Shown here: positions 20,580-30,231 of the stretch, in pieces
How the letters are laid out: the number at the start of each line of letters is the position of its first letter
Position numbering within the stretch: position 1 is the first letter of the stretch
Source: Synergistales bacterium
GTDB taxonomy: Bacteria > Synergistota > Synergistia > Synergistales > JAFGMB01
DNA length: 64,000 nt
Assembly: GCA_963666205.1 (NCBI GenBank)
Contig: OY762654.1
Location: 896,001 to 960,000, forward strand
Direction of reading: 5' to 3'
Position numbers and translations under genes: made by a program
The notes under the pieces: model-generated
Databases searched by the model: none
Seen by the model: only the letters and a program-made list of their open reading frames with translations
Told to the model about the DNA's origin: nothing

Positions 20580-22055
20580 ATGATGGGGAGAATTGAGGAT
20601 CATATTTACAAGACATTCATGGAAGGGCCAGAGGAAAAAACACTCTGGTGGAAAGGAGAATGGTGGAAGAGAAAAGATCTTGAGGAAGCTGTGGAATCAT
20701 GTTTAAAAAAACTCCTTGAAAGCGGTTTCAGGGAAGGATTCAGGATAGCCACTATGCTGCCTAACTGTCCACTGATATCCATCCTTTCCATTGCGGTCTG
20801 GAAGCTTGGCGGAACAATTGTTCCTCTGAACGCTAAAATGGGCCCGGAAATACTTCTAAACACCCTTCGCCTGGTAGAACCGGGCGCTGTGATTCTTTTT
20901 CCAGGAATGGAAGAGGCTGCAGCAGCCCTTGAAGCAAAGGGAATGACCACGGTTATAGCACCCCTGGAGGGACCCCTTCCTTCTTTCAAATGCCGGGAGT
21001 GTACACCGGAAGACAGGTCTCTGGCTGTAATATTTGCAACTTCCGGAACTTCGGGGATGCCAAAGGCAGTAATGCTTTCCCATTCCAATATTCTGGATAA
21101 CACCTTTGGTGTTTATAAAACCTTCAAACACTTTCGAAATGATGATAACGTGATCAATGTACTGCCTAATTTTCATGTCTTCGGCTACAACCTGTGTACC
21201 ATACTGCCCCTGGTGAATGGATTACGTCAGACCGTGGTTCCCACATTCATGCCCATATCCTCCACTCTTCAAGCCATGATAGAGGCTGAAGTTACTGTAA
21301 TAGCTGCCGTACCAACGATGTATTCACTTTTCATGGCAGTAATAGCAAAAGGACATCCAGTTCCAACTACCCTTCGATTCATGGTATCGGGAGGAGATAA
21401 GCTGGATCTCCGCATAGATGAAAGGGCAAAACAGCTTTTCGGAGTAGACCTCTTTGAAGGCTACGGACTTACAGAATGCTCCCCTATCGTTTCGGCCAAC
21501 TGGAGTTTGCAGGAGAAAAAGGCAGGATGGGTTGGTACTCTTCTACCTGGTTACGAAGCCCAGATAAGAGATATGGAGGGTAATGTCATAGATAACCAGG
21601 GGGAAGGAGTACTCTGGGTCAAGGGACCATCCGTTACGAAGGGTTATTTCCGAAGCCCTGAAATAACCCGGGAAAGAATGGTTGATGGCTGGTTCAATAC
21701 CGGTGATATAGCTACATTCGACAGTAAAGGCCTTCTCAGGATCCTGGACAGGGCTGGGGATATGATCATTGTTGGAGGGTTTAACGTGTATCCCCAGGAA
21801 GTGGAAATGGTCATAAAAGGTCATCCGGATGTCCAGGATGCGGGAGTTATAGGAATACGACATGGACTGAGTGGAGAATATGTAAAGGCCTTCGTTATTC
21901 CCAGAGAAGGGTCAGGCCTGGATGAACCGAGGGACATAATCAACTTCTGTAAAGGCAGACTTTCCCATTACAAGATCCCCCGAAAGGTCGACTTCGTAAA
22001 GGAACTTCCTTATTCAGGTATGGGAAAACTATTGCGGAGGGAACTCAGGGCATAA
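20580..22055 (+). CDS. Long-chain fatty acid-CoA ligase (AMP-binding)
   Basis: TSGTSGMPK, GYGLTE, TGD and GK motifs. Confidence 0.9.
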   Translation: MMGRIEDHIYKTFMEGPEEKTLWWKGEWWKRKDLEEAVESCLKKLLESGFREGFRIATMLPNCPLISILSIAVWKLGGTIVPLNAKMGPEILLNTLRLVEPGAVILFPGMEEAAAALEAKGMTTVIAPLEGPLPSFKCRECTPEDRSLAVIFATSGTSGMPKAVMLSHSNILDNTFGVYKTFKHFRNDDNVINVLPNFHVFGYNLCTILPLVNGLRQTVVPTFMPISSTLQAMIEAEVTVIAAVPTMYSLFMAVIAKGHPVPTTLRFMVSGGDKLDLRIDERAKQLFGVDLFEGYGLTECSPIVSANWSLQEKKAGWVGTLLPGYEAQIRDMEGNVIDNQGEGVLWVKGPSVTKGYFRSPEITRERMVDGWFNTGDIATFDSKGLLRILDRAGDMIIVGGFNVYPQEVEMVIKGHPDVQDAGVIGIRHGLSGEYVKAFVIPREGSGLDEPRDIINFCKGRLSHYKIPRKVDFVKELPYSGMGKLLRRELRA

Positions 22056-22283
22056 TTTCAAGCTGCAAGTATTCAATAATGCTTTCACCTTGACAGGCAA
22101 AGGCTGCGTGCTCCTATAATAGAACGCTGCCTTTGCCTGTTATAACGTACTGGAACAGACTTCTGAAATTGATATTCCTCACTTTCCTTTTCCGGATGGT
22201 CTTTCACTTGACTTTGGTTGACTATGTTAGCATAATGAATCAATATAGAAAGTCCCTTTAATCGGTAAAATGAGAAGAAATTC

Positions 22284-23309
22284 ATGGAAGGAGGGGAGCC
22301 TTTGATATACCGTTTCAAAAGGTTTTTTCTTATCTTCCTCATGCTCATCTTGATTCTGACTTTATTCAAACCTGCATATTCCGAACAGAAACCAGGCGAT
22401 CCGATACAGAAAACTGAAAACATCATTATAAGGCTGGAAAAAGAATATGGTCCCGGTATCATTCTGGGAGACCCTCTGGAAGTTGGTGAATACCGCATTA
22501 TACCTGTTACCAGAATAGAGGTCAGGGAAAAACTTCAGGGTCAGGGAAACTGGATATCGGCCCATAATGTGACGGAAGGTTCTATTCGCCCCATGGGTCT
22601 GGTTGTCCTTTCTCCAGAGGGATTCGAATTCATCCGTATTCATGAATCACTGCCAGGACAGATAGTGGAAAGACTCCCTTTGATCACACAATGGATAAAC
22701 AGTTCCATCTTCAGGAGAGGACCCTATGACCCCGGCGCAAAAATACCCTTCGATGAGATGATAGCTTCTGTGGCTTTGCTGGTTCCCGAAAAAGTATTCG
22801 GCCTTGGAATAGTCTCCTGGTGGGTTCAGAAACTGATCTTCGCATCTGCCTGGTATATTCTTGCCTTTATAACCACCCTTCTTTTTTCAGCACAGTCCGG
22901 TTTGATTGCTGAAAACATGATGCATAGACCTATTGCAAGCACATTTGCAGGAATTACAGGAACAATTACCATCATATTTTTCTGTGCAGTCATGACCGCA
23001 TCAATAATTGGAATACCCATATCGATTATCCTGGTAATCTTTTACCTCCTCGGATCCTTTCTGGGAAGAGTCGCAATGGGGGTCCTGCTGGGTTGGCTGG
23101 TCATCAGAGGGTTCAGATCAGGAAATACATCCTCATCATGGATACTCATTGGAGGAGCAATTATGGCTGTAATGAGGATGATTCCCAGGTTTGGTTGGAT
23201 TATATGGCTGGCCTTCGGTGTTCTGGGTTTTGGAGGAGTTCTTGTAACACTTATGAATCATAAAGTTATGGACCAGCTATCAAAGAATGGGAGGAGTGAG
23301 ACAGAATGA
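22284..23309 (+). CDS. Signal peptide + GerW/YtfJ-like domain + polytopic membrane domain
   Basis: ILGDPLEVGEYRIIPV…IRPMGLVVL resembles the neighbouring GerW protein; hydrophobic C-half; true start probably TTG 22302. Confidence 0.65.
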   Translation: MEGGEPLIYRFKRFFLIFLMLILILTLFKPAYSEQKPGDPIQKTENIIIRLEKEYGPGIILGDPLEVGEYRIIPVTRIEVREKLQGQGNWISAHNVTEGSIRPMGLVVLSPEGFEFIRIHESLPGQIVERLPLITQWINSSIFRRGPYDPGAKIPFDEMIASVALLVPEKVFGLGIVSWWVQKLIFASAWYILAFITTLLFSAQSGLIAENMMHRPIASTFAGITGTITIIFFCAVMTASIIGIPISIILVIFYLLGSFLGRVAMGVLLGWLVIRGFRSGNTSSSWILIGGAIMAVMRMIPRFGWIIWLAFGVLGFGGVLVTLMNHKVMDQLSKNGRSETE

Positions 23310-23734
23310 GAAAGTCAATTATCATTTTATTTACCCTGCTTTTGATATCTCTGTTACCTTCTTTTACAATCGCCCAGGAAGGAGTACAGGGACATATCGA
23401 GCTTAGTAAGGCCATCGTTGAACAGATAGGAACTGTTCTGGATGCTGACAATGTTCTGGGAGAACCGGTAATTATTCAGGGTAAAACAATAATTCCCGTG
23501 GTTAGCATGGCCTTTGGCTTCGGGTCAGGCAGGGGAATGATGGAAATGCACACTGGATCTGGAGGCGGCGGCGGTGGAATTGTAATGCCCGTGAGTATGC
23601 TGGTCATTTCCCCCGATGGAGATATAACAGTTCTGGAAGCTCGGAAAAATCAGTTTACCGAGATAATAAAAGGGTTAAGCCTCGCCTATATGGAGATGAT
23701 TAAGGAAGAGCGGGAAACTGCTGACGGAGAATAA
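23306..23734 (+). CDS. GerW/YtfJ family protein with signal peptide
   Basis: VLGEPV…IIPVVSMAFGFGSG…GGGGGGIVMPV signature; ATGA overlap with the upstream gene. Confidence 0.85.
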   Translation: MRKSIIILFTLLLISLLPSFTIAQEGVQGHIELSKAIVEQIGTVLDADNVLGEPVIIQGKTIIPVVSMAFGFGSGRGMMEMHTGSGGGGGGIVMPVSMLVISPDGDITVLEARKNQFTEIIKGLSLAYMEMIKEERETADGE

Positions 23735-23741
23735 ATGATTA

Positions 23742-23780
23742 AAAAATAAAGAGAGGACAGTTTTTCCTCTCTTTATTTTT
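23742..23780. terminator. Bidirectional terminator
   Basis: AAAAATAAAGAGAGGA…TCCTCTCTTTATTTTT between convergent genes. Confidence 0.75.
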
Positions 23781-23787
23781 AATGGAC

Positions 23788-24255
23788 TCACAGGATCATG
23801 GCCTTGCTCTCTTCGAGGTATTTATTCCCCTTTTCCTGTTTAGCCTTTGCCCCCTTCAGCTTCTCTCCCCTGTTACCAACCTTGGCCCGGATATCAGGAC
23901 CCTGTTCATTCGGTTTAAAGATAACCTTTACCTGGGCAAGTTTGCCATGCCAGGAACCTTTCTTCGGAAGATCCACCTGAACGAAGAATCTCTGGGAATT
24001 CACATGAACCTTTACCTTGTCTCCCTTTCCATATTTTCCATTTAATCCGGAAAGATCGATATGGATATTAAGGATGGAACCCTGTGGAAGATCGGTCTCT
24101 CCTCTGATATGCAACTTGTGGCCCTTAACAGATATTTCGGTAAGTTTCAGATTTGAGAAAAAGTCAGCCCCTTGGGAAACAGAAGGTAAAATAAGGATGA
24201 CAAACAGAATGCTGAGGATAACCACCGGGAAAACACGTTGACTTACTCTTTTCAT
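23788..24255 (-). CDS. Hypothetical exported basic protein
   Basis: Signal peptide, SD AGGAGG, beta-rich. Confidence 0.7.
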   Translation of the reverse strand: MKRVSQRVFPVVILSILFVILILPSVSQGADFFSNLKLTEISVKGHKLHIRGETDLPQGSILNIHIDLSGLNGKYGKGDKVKVHVNSQRFFVQVDLPKKGSWHGKLAQVKVIFKPNEQGPDIRAKVGNRGEKLKGAKAKQEKGNKYLEESKAMIL

Positions 24256-24444
24256 ACTTCTACCTCCTGGATAAGCAATTGGAAACTGTATCGAATCCAG
24301 CCTTTAAAGACCACCCTTATAATAACAGACTTCACTACCCGGATCTTCCCTAATGAAAATAGTTACGGGATCCTTAGAAACCCCGTAACTATTTTATCGT
24401 TTCTATGGCTTGCGGAACATATGATACAGTGTCAGGATGGAATT

Positions 24445-25245
24445 CTATTTATCTTTGTCCTTGCCTTTCCCATTACCGCCTTTATTGCCATTATCTCCAC
24501 CCTTGTTCCCATGATCTTCCTTTTCCTTATCTTTGCCAAGAGCTTTACCATTAACTGTCTTCAATGCTGACTGGGTTTTCAGAGTATTCATTTTGGGCGA
24601 TTTTTTATATTGGCCCCAGCTCACCTCTCCGTTAATCAGACCCTGGACTTCGGGTACACTTGTATTAATACCTTCCAGAATTCCAGCATAATCAATTTCT
24701 CCAGCCTTCAGCTGCCCTTTAACCTGGTCCCATAAACTCATGGTGTCTGTAACTACTGACTCGACATCAACGGTTTCATATACAGGATTACCGTCTGAAT
24801 CTTTTACAGTATTACCATCCGCATCTTTTTTCTCGACTTCTACCTGTTCTGTAACTGTTCTCTCCACTTCAACTGTCTTGTTAAATATTTCTTCCTGAAG
24901 TTTACGGCTGGCAGGAACATGATTGTAATGAGCCCAAGCTATGAATGCATGTCTTTCAGCAAGGTCCTCCATTTTTGCCGGATCGGGAAGATCCTCAGCC
25001 TCTTCAGTTTCTTCAGTTTCTTCAGTTACTACGGGATCTACAGGATCAGTCGTAACTGCTTCTTCCTCTGTGTTTGCAAGTTCGAGGGCCATCATTGCTA
25101 TATCCAGCTGATTCTGGACATTCTGAGGTAATGCATCATTCACCGTATCAGTTACTTCAGCTTCAACCGCCATTACACAACCTGCAGTAAGAGTTAACAA
25201 AAGAAATCCCATGAGCAAACAGATCGACTTCTTCACTTTATCCAC
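24445..25245 (-). CDS. Hypothetical secreted protein (acidic, G/N/K-rich tail) downstream of a c-di-GMP riboswitch
   Basis: Signal peptide; T/E/D-rich body; terminator hairpin at 24356-24395 downstream. Confidence 0.8.
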   Translation of the reverse strand: MDKVKKSICLLMGFLLLTLTAGCVMAVEAEVTDTVNDALPQNVQNQLDIAMMALELANTEEEAVTTDPVDPVVTEETEETEEAEDLPDPAKMEDLAERHAFIAWAHYNHVPASRKLQEEIFNKTVEVERTVTEQVEVEKKDADGNTVKDSDGNPVYETVDVESVVTDTMSLWDQVKGQLKAGEIDYAGILEGINTSVPEVQGLINGEVSWGQYKKSPKMNTLKTQSALKTVNGKALGKDKEKEDHGNKGGDNGNKGGNGKGKDKDK

Positions 25246-25254
25246 CCCTTAAAT

Positions 25255-25290
25255 AAAAAAATGTACCACGGGCGGAAGCCATAGGTACAT
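25255..25290 (-). terminator. Riboswitch expression-platform terminator
   Basis: ATGTACC…GGTACAT stem followed by a T-run, just before the start codon. Confidence 0.7.
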
Positions 25291-25308
25291 AAGGAACAAG
25301 TCCTGTAA

Positions 25309-25385
25309 GGCAACCCGGCTGTCATAACCATAAGGCTTTAGACCCGCAGCTTTGCGTCACCGCCTTTCGGCGGTTTTGCCAAATT
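25309..25385 (-). ncRNA. Cyclic di-GMP-I (GEMM) riboswitch
   Basis: Minus strand reads GGCAAAACCGCC-GAAA-GGCGGTGACGCAAAGCTGCGGGTCTAA…TATGACAGCCGGGTTGCC, matching the GEMM-I consensus. Confidence 0.93.
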
Positions 25386-25639
25386 CTTTTCTGACACAAG
25401 ATTAACGCCAGACTATCTCTTTTGTCAAGGACAATCATATTAGACTGACCAGGTATTGTGTTTTGAGTATGACATGGTATCATGTTAAAGGAGAGAATAA
25501 GATATTGTCCAGTATACCATCAGTTCCCTGTAAACTCTCTTCTCAGACATCTTGACTATAGAATACCTTCAGAATTATTCTCAAAGACTTCATCCCGGTA
25601 TTTTCTTCCTCCTCTCCATCAGCTGGAGGAGGTGCTGTA

Positions 25640-26272
25640 ATGGAACATCGAAGAGAAAGAAACAATCTCCTTTTCGAAAATCGATTTATTTCCGTAAGAA
25701 AATTCAGCCTCCAGAGAGGGGACCATATCCTTCTGCACTCTGGAAGGAACAGGGTGCTGTTCTTCCTGTCCGAAGCCCATTTAAAGATCATGGAACCCCC
25801 GGTGGCCAAGGACCTTTACACGGAAACAGAAAGTGTTCTATGGCATGACCATACAGATTTTATTGTTCGGAACATGGATAAGAATACTGCGGAACTGGTT
25901 ATCTTTTCTCTTATGGAGAATACAGAAAAGCTCCCCCATGAACTGACACAGGTACCTTCCATGGATCAGCTCGAAAAGCTGGATATTCAGATAAAACTTG
26001 ATAACCCGGCCGTAAGTGTATTGAAAGTCAGGCTCAAAGCCAGGGAGCGATTTCCTTCACACCCTGGAATCAGGATGATCCTCTTTGCCCTTTCTCCATA
26101 TACCATCCGTTATATTCATGAGCAGTTGGGAGAGATAAGTAAAACAGTAAAAGTAGGGGATGTCCTTTGTCATGGATCTGATGTTTCTTCCATTGAAAAT
26201 CTGGGCCAGAATACTCTGGCATTCCTGGTCCTGGTTTTAAAATCTCCAAGTCTTGAGTCAATAAGTCTTTAA
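25640..26272 (+). CDS. Hypothetical protein, tandem cupin-like
   Basis: Two similar halves (LFENRFISVRKFSL / LDNPAVSVLKVRL…HPG…ENLG); SD GGAGG. Confidence 0.6.
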   Translation: MEHRRERNNLLFENRFISVRKFSLQRGDHILLHSGRNRVLFFLSEAHLKIMEPPVAKDLYTETESVLWHDHTDFIVRNMDKNTAELVIFSLMENTEKLPHELTQVPSMDQLEKLDIQIKLDNPAVSVLKVRLKARERFPSHPGIRMILFALSPYTIRYIHEQLGEISKTVKVGDVLCHGSDVSSIENLGQNTLAFLVLVLKSPSLESISL

Positions 26273-26605
26273 TTGATGAAGGGAGGAATAATAGTGGGGA
26301 AAATAGCACTGGTGAATCCTCGTGAGATAAACTGCAGGGTCTCAATGGGTGATGCTATTCTTGTCTGCGCATATCCCGACGACAGGGACTTTAAGAACAA
26401 CAGGCTGAAAAAAGCTCTCTCCTTCCAGGATTTTGCCTCGAGAATGCACAGCCTGTCAAAAAAGAAGGAGATAGTTTTCTATTGTGATAGTGAAAACGAG
26501 TCTGTTTCTACCGATATGGCTCTTAAAACAGAGGATTTCGGTTTTGAGAATGTCAAAGTCCTTAAGGGTGGAGTTACGGGGTGGAAAGAAGCGGGCCTCG
26601 AATGA
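26273..26605 (+). CDS. Rhodanese-like domain protein
   Basis: EIVFYC…GFENVKVLKGGVTGWKEAG; start probably GTG 26294. Confidence 0.85.
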   Translation: MMKGGIIVGKIALVNPREINCRVSMGDAILVCAYPDDRDFKNNRLKKALSFQDFASRMHSLSKKKEIVFYCDSENESVSTDMALKTEDFGFENVKVLKGGVTGWKEAGLE

Positions 26606-26754
26606 ACTGCCTTCGATGAAAGGTTGAAGGGATCTTGTCTTACCGGAGGATCAGGGAAGCATGGCGGGAGACCTTCAAAGAGCAGGAGCGGGGTCTCGAG
26701 TAGATCATTACGGGGAGAACTGATCAGTACCCTGGGTCTGCAAGGACCGGATCA

Positions 26755-27192
26755 CTACCAGGGATCCCAGCCTTCTGCAAATACAAGGCTGTACTTGCTT
26801 ATCTCCAGATCATGGGGAAGGAGAGCCTTGAACTTTACTGTTTCTTCTGAAGTCAGATCATAGGTCTGATCAAAGGCAGTTCCAAGAAATTGACCACCCT
26901 CTCCATAAAGGGCAAATACGATCCTTACATATGGAAGATTATGGCTGGTTATATTTTTTACCTCTCCTTCAATATAGGAGGATATGCCATCTCTTTCATG
27001 GGAAAATTCCAGGACATTCACAGAAGAAACACTTTCGATCCTCTCTGTTCTCAAGTTACTCAAACTGCCCATAATGCCCCAGAAAAGGATCGTGATCGTC
27101 AGGAAGAAAAGAGAGTTGATCAGAAGGTCTATCATAGCTTTTCCCGAAGATTTCTCCAGCCTGGATGGCAAATTGATTTCCACAGAATTCAT
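26755..27192 (-). CDS. FxLYD domain membrane-anchored protein
   Basis: IEGEVKN…YVRIVFALYGEGGQFLG…VKFKA. Confidence 0.75.
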   Translation of the reverse strand: MNSVEINLPSRLEKSSGKAMIDLLINSLFFLTITILFWGIMGSLSNLRTERIESVSSVNVLEFSHERDGISSYIEGEVKNITSHNLPYVRIVFALYGEGGQFLGTAFDQTYDLTSEETVKFKALLPHDLEISKYSLVFAEGWDPW

Positions 27193-27198
27193 GGATAT

Positions 27199-28056
27199 CT
27201 ATCCTTCTGTGCCGGGTCCAAGATCAAGTATTTCAGAATGAAAGGTCGACATGTCCATAAGTACAAGTTTCCCCCCGGGACCAGTTGTTATTCCAGTTAT
27301 TTCCTCTATTAAACGGGCAGCCTGAAGAGAGGCTATTACAAAGGGTGAAAAGGAAGGTACTCCGGCAACAGTCTCCACTCCTTTTTCAGAGATACCGCTG
27401 TTGCTGAAAAGATCAAGATGTGTTCTGTTTCCTGGATAGTACAGGGCCATCTGCCCGATGAGACCGCCCACTGCTCCATGTATGACAGGAATACCCATTG
27501 CATAGCATGTTTCATATAGCATTTTTCGCGAGGTATTGTTGTCAAGGGCATCTACAGCCATATCTGCATTGTTGAGGATATTTCTTATATTATCCTCCTG
27601 CAGCATCACCGGACAGGAAACTATCCTGACAGCACTGTTAACTGCTGCTATCCTTTCTGCTGCAGCCTCGACTTTAAGCCGGCCTAGAAAAGCTTCTGAA
27701 GAAAGAATCTGTCGATTAAGGTTATCCTCGCTGAAGGAATCTCCATCAACCAGGATCAGGCATCCTATCCCGGCTCTCGACAGTATTTCCACGATGACTC
27801 CGCCAAGGCCACCGCAACCGATAACAGCAATGGAGGAACAAAGGAGTTTTAACTGCCCTTCTACTCCGAGAACCCCAATATTTCTTTCATATCTGCGGGG
27901 AATGATGCCATTCTCAAGAGCGCATTTTTCGATAACGAGAGGATGAATTTCAAATGATATGGCCAGTTTTCTGGAATCTTCGATAGATAAGAGGATCCTC
28001 TTTCCATCATGAAAGGATCTTTTCTCTATTTCCCTTTTCAATCTTACAGGATCCAA
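27199..28056 (-). CDS. HesA/MoeB/ThiF family E1-like adenylyltransferase
   Basis: RYERN, GCGGLG, NLNRQ and DALD motifs; TTG start inferred from SD. Confidence 0.9.
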   Translation of the reverse strand: MDPVRLKREIEKRSFHDGKRILLSIEDSRKLAISFEIHPLVIEKCALENGIIPRRYERNIGVLGVEGQLKLLCSSIAVIGCGGLGGVIVEILSRAGIGCLILVDGDSFSEDNLNRQILSSEAFLGRLKVEAAAERIAAVNSAVRIVSCPVMLQEDNIRNILNNADMAVDALDNNTSRKMLYETCYAMGIPVIHGAVGGLIGQMALYYPGNRTHLDLFSNSGISEKGVETVAGVPSFSPFVIASLQAARLIEEITGITTGPGGKLVLMDMSTFHSEILDLGPGTEG

Positions 28057-28182
28057 TTGCCTTACCCCCTTCAAACAAAAGTAAACCCTGATAATTCCGG
28101 TAACCCTGATATTGCTATTGAAATCTATCATATCCGAACCGATAATAGTATGAGTTCAATAACCCGGGGAGGAGTGCTGACT

Positions 28183-28467
28183 TTGAAAGTTCGTCTTTTT
28201 GCTTTTCTGATGTACGAAGTAGGGAAAAGGGAACTCGAAATTCAAGCGCCACCCGACGTGGCTTCCCTCCTGGAACTGATGTCCGGTAAATACGGAACAG
28301 ACTTTGATAAATGGATATGGAGAAAAGACGAAGGATCCGGCCGCACCCTTATTACAGGTACCCTGATAATGGTAAATGGCCACCATATATTACACCTTGA
28401 GGGTCTTGAGACTCCCCTTGATGACTATGACGTTGTAAGTATTTTCCCTCCAGCTGCTGGTGGATAA
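28183..28467 (+). CDS. MoaD/ThiS (SAMP-like) ubiquitin-like protein
   Basis: KVRLFA…VNG…IFPPAAGG C-terminus; TTG start after GGAGG. Confidence 0.88.
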   Translation: MKVRLFAFLMYEVGKRELEIQAPPDVASLLELMSGKYGTDFDKWIWRKDEGSGRTLITGTLIMVNGHHILHLEGLETPLDDYDVVSIFPPAAGG

Positions 28468-28540
28468 CGAAGGGATCCCCGGTCAGAGGGATCCCTTCTG
28501 CATAGCTTATATTAAAGATTTGCAGACAGGAAATGGAGAC

Positions 28541-29374
28541 TTAATATTGCACTCTCAGTCTGCCATTGTCATATCCGATAGACCTCAGGACCTGATCCAG
28601 CATTATGTCACCATGACTATATATCTTATCTGCAGCCATGACTGCCGGTTCTATCTTATCCCATCTCTTCTGGATAAAGGTTTTATCGCCCCATCTGGCT
28701 TTCGCGTAATCCTGCATCTTTGCCCTTGCGTCATTTCTGAGGAACTGGGTATTTGTATATAAATTCCGTGTTTTAGAACACAGAGAGACAACCTCTGAAC
28801 TTGCGTGTAAAGGTAGCGATAATTCGGAAATAGCAAGGCGGGATTGTGTAATACCCCTTGTGATATCAGGCATTTCCTTTCCAAATGCCTCCATGGAAAT
28901 TTTCCCCAGTATAACTTCCCTGAAAAGCTGGTTGGCCTGCTCCCAGTGAGCATTGGCAAGATTATTCTGCCAGACAAGCTTCTGACAGAAATCAAGGGTC
29001 TCCCTCTCTTCGATACTGTACCTGGCTGGCTTCAGCCAAGTGACTACCTTGCCGGCGCTTCCCAAAAGGGTAAGTACTGCAGATCTCCCTTCTCCAAGTC
29101 TTCGGGAAAGGGCATTCTCCACCTCTGACGCAGACTTGTCCGTAATGGAAAGGTGATCTACTTCTACCAGAAGATCCCTCGCCATAATGCCTGCATATTC
29201 CGCTGGACTATCCTCATATACCCTGGTAACCAGAAATTTACCTCCCTCATCCGGTTCTCCAAGCTCCAATCCGGATACAGAAAAATTCATTTCTCCATAG
29301 GCACTTCCCATAAGAAAGCTAACCGACAAAAGTGCCAGAAAGGATACCAAAAAAGCCATTCGAGTTTTCTTCAT
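28541..29374 (-). CDS. Exported PDZ-domain protein
   Basis: Signal peptide; GLEL…VYEDSPAEYAGIMARD PDZ motif; helical C-terminal domain. Confidence 0.8.
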   Translation of the reverse strand: MKKTRMAFLVSFLALLSVSFLMGSAYGEMNFSVSGLELGEPDEGGKFLVTRVYEDSPAEYAGIMARDLLVEVDHLSITDKSASEVENALSRRLGEGRSAVLTLLGSAGKVVTWLKPARYSIEERETLDFCQKLVWQNNLANAHWEQANQLFREVILGKISMEAFGKEMPDITRGITQSRLAISELSLPLHASSEVVSLCSKTRNLYTNTQFLRNDARAKMQDYAKARWGDKTFIQKRWDKIEPAVMAADKIYSHGDIMLDQVLRSIGYDNGRLRVQY

Positions 29375-29613
29375 TCTGTCACCGCCCTTCATTTTAACTT
29401 TATTAAGATATCAGTATATTGATTCCTGAGGTTTATCTTGCCACGTTGGCCTGTTTTTTTCAATACTTGAATTCGGCAATGAGTAGTCGGAATCATTAAA
29501 AATAATACTCTGGCCAAAAAAGAACATAAAATGGTCAGAATTTGTATACCTGAAATTTCACTGTACATGTCAAGTTATAATATTATTATCCTTGTAAAGG
29601 AGTACTTGTTGAA

Positions 29614-30066
29614 ATGAAAAGGGCCCTGGTTGCCATCGATATGAATGATGAAAGCAATTCCCTGATAAGATTTGTTTTCCCCTACGCTGAGAGACATAAT
29701 CTTCATCACATAGATTTTATTCATGTTGAGGATGAAGATGAGACCCTCGATGTGACCGGGGACCCTCCCCAGATGCAGGGGAAAAACACTCTTGAGAAAA
29801 TAGGGGTGATGGTGGATAAGTGCATGGAGACCCTTCCTTCAAAAGTTGTTTCCTTCAATATACTCATCACCAGAGGGATCCCCGAGGAAGAAATAGTAAA
29901 AAGGGCAAAGGAAATGCACTACGATCTCATCGTTCTGGGTCAGTCCATTGCCAGGAGCATAGAGGGGTTTCTGAGCGGGAACATGGGTATCAGGATAATG
30001 GACAACACCCAGTGCAGCGTTCTGGTCTATAACCCTCGAAAAGTCAAGTGGATGGTTGAGTATTAG
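29614..30066 (+). CDS. Universal stress protein
   Basis: ALVAID, GIPEEEI, DLIVLG and CSVLV motifs. Confidence 0.88.
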   Translation: MKRALVAIDMNDESNSLIRFVFPYAERHNLHHIDFIHVEDEDETLDVTGDPPQMQGKNTLEKIGVMVDKCMETLPSKVVSFNILITRGIPEEEIVKRAKEMHYDLIVLGQSIARSIEGFLSGNMGIRIMDNTQCSVLVYNPRKVKWMVEY

Positions 30067-30231
30067 GCCCCCCTCCTCTACTGGTCACAGAAACCCCTGG
30101 TATTTCATTTTCCCCTTCGAAATGTATTTTATTTTTTATCAATGAATACAAAAAAATCATTTCCCCACAGACCCACCAATCTGCTAGAATAAATCCCAGT
30201 AATGTTATCCTTTATGGGAGGTGTAAACATT

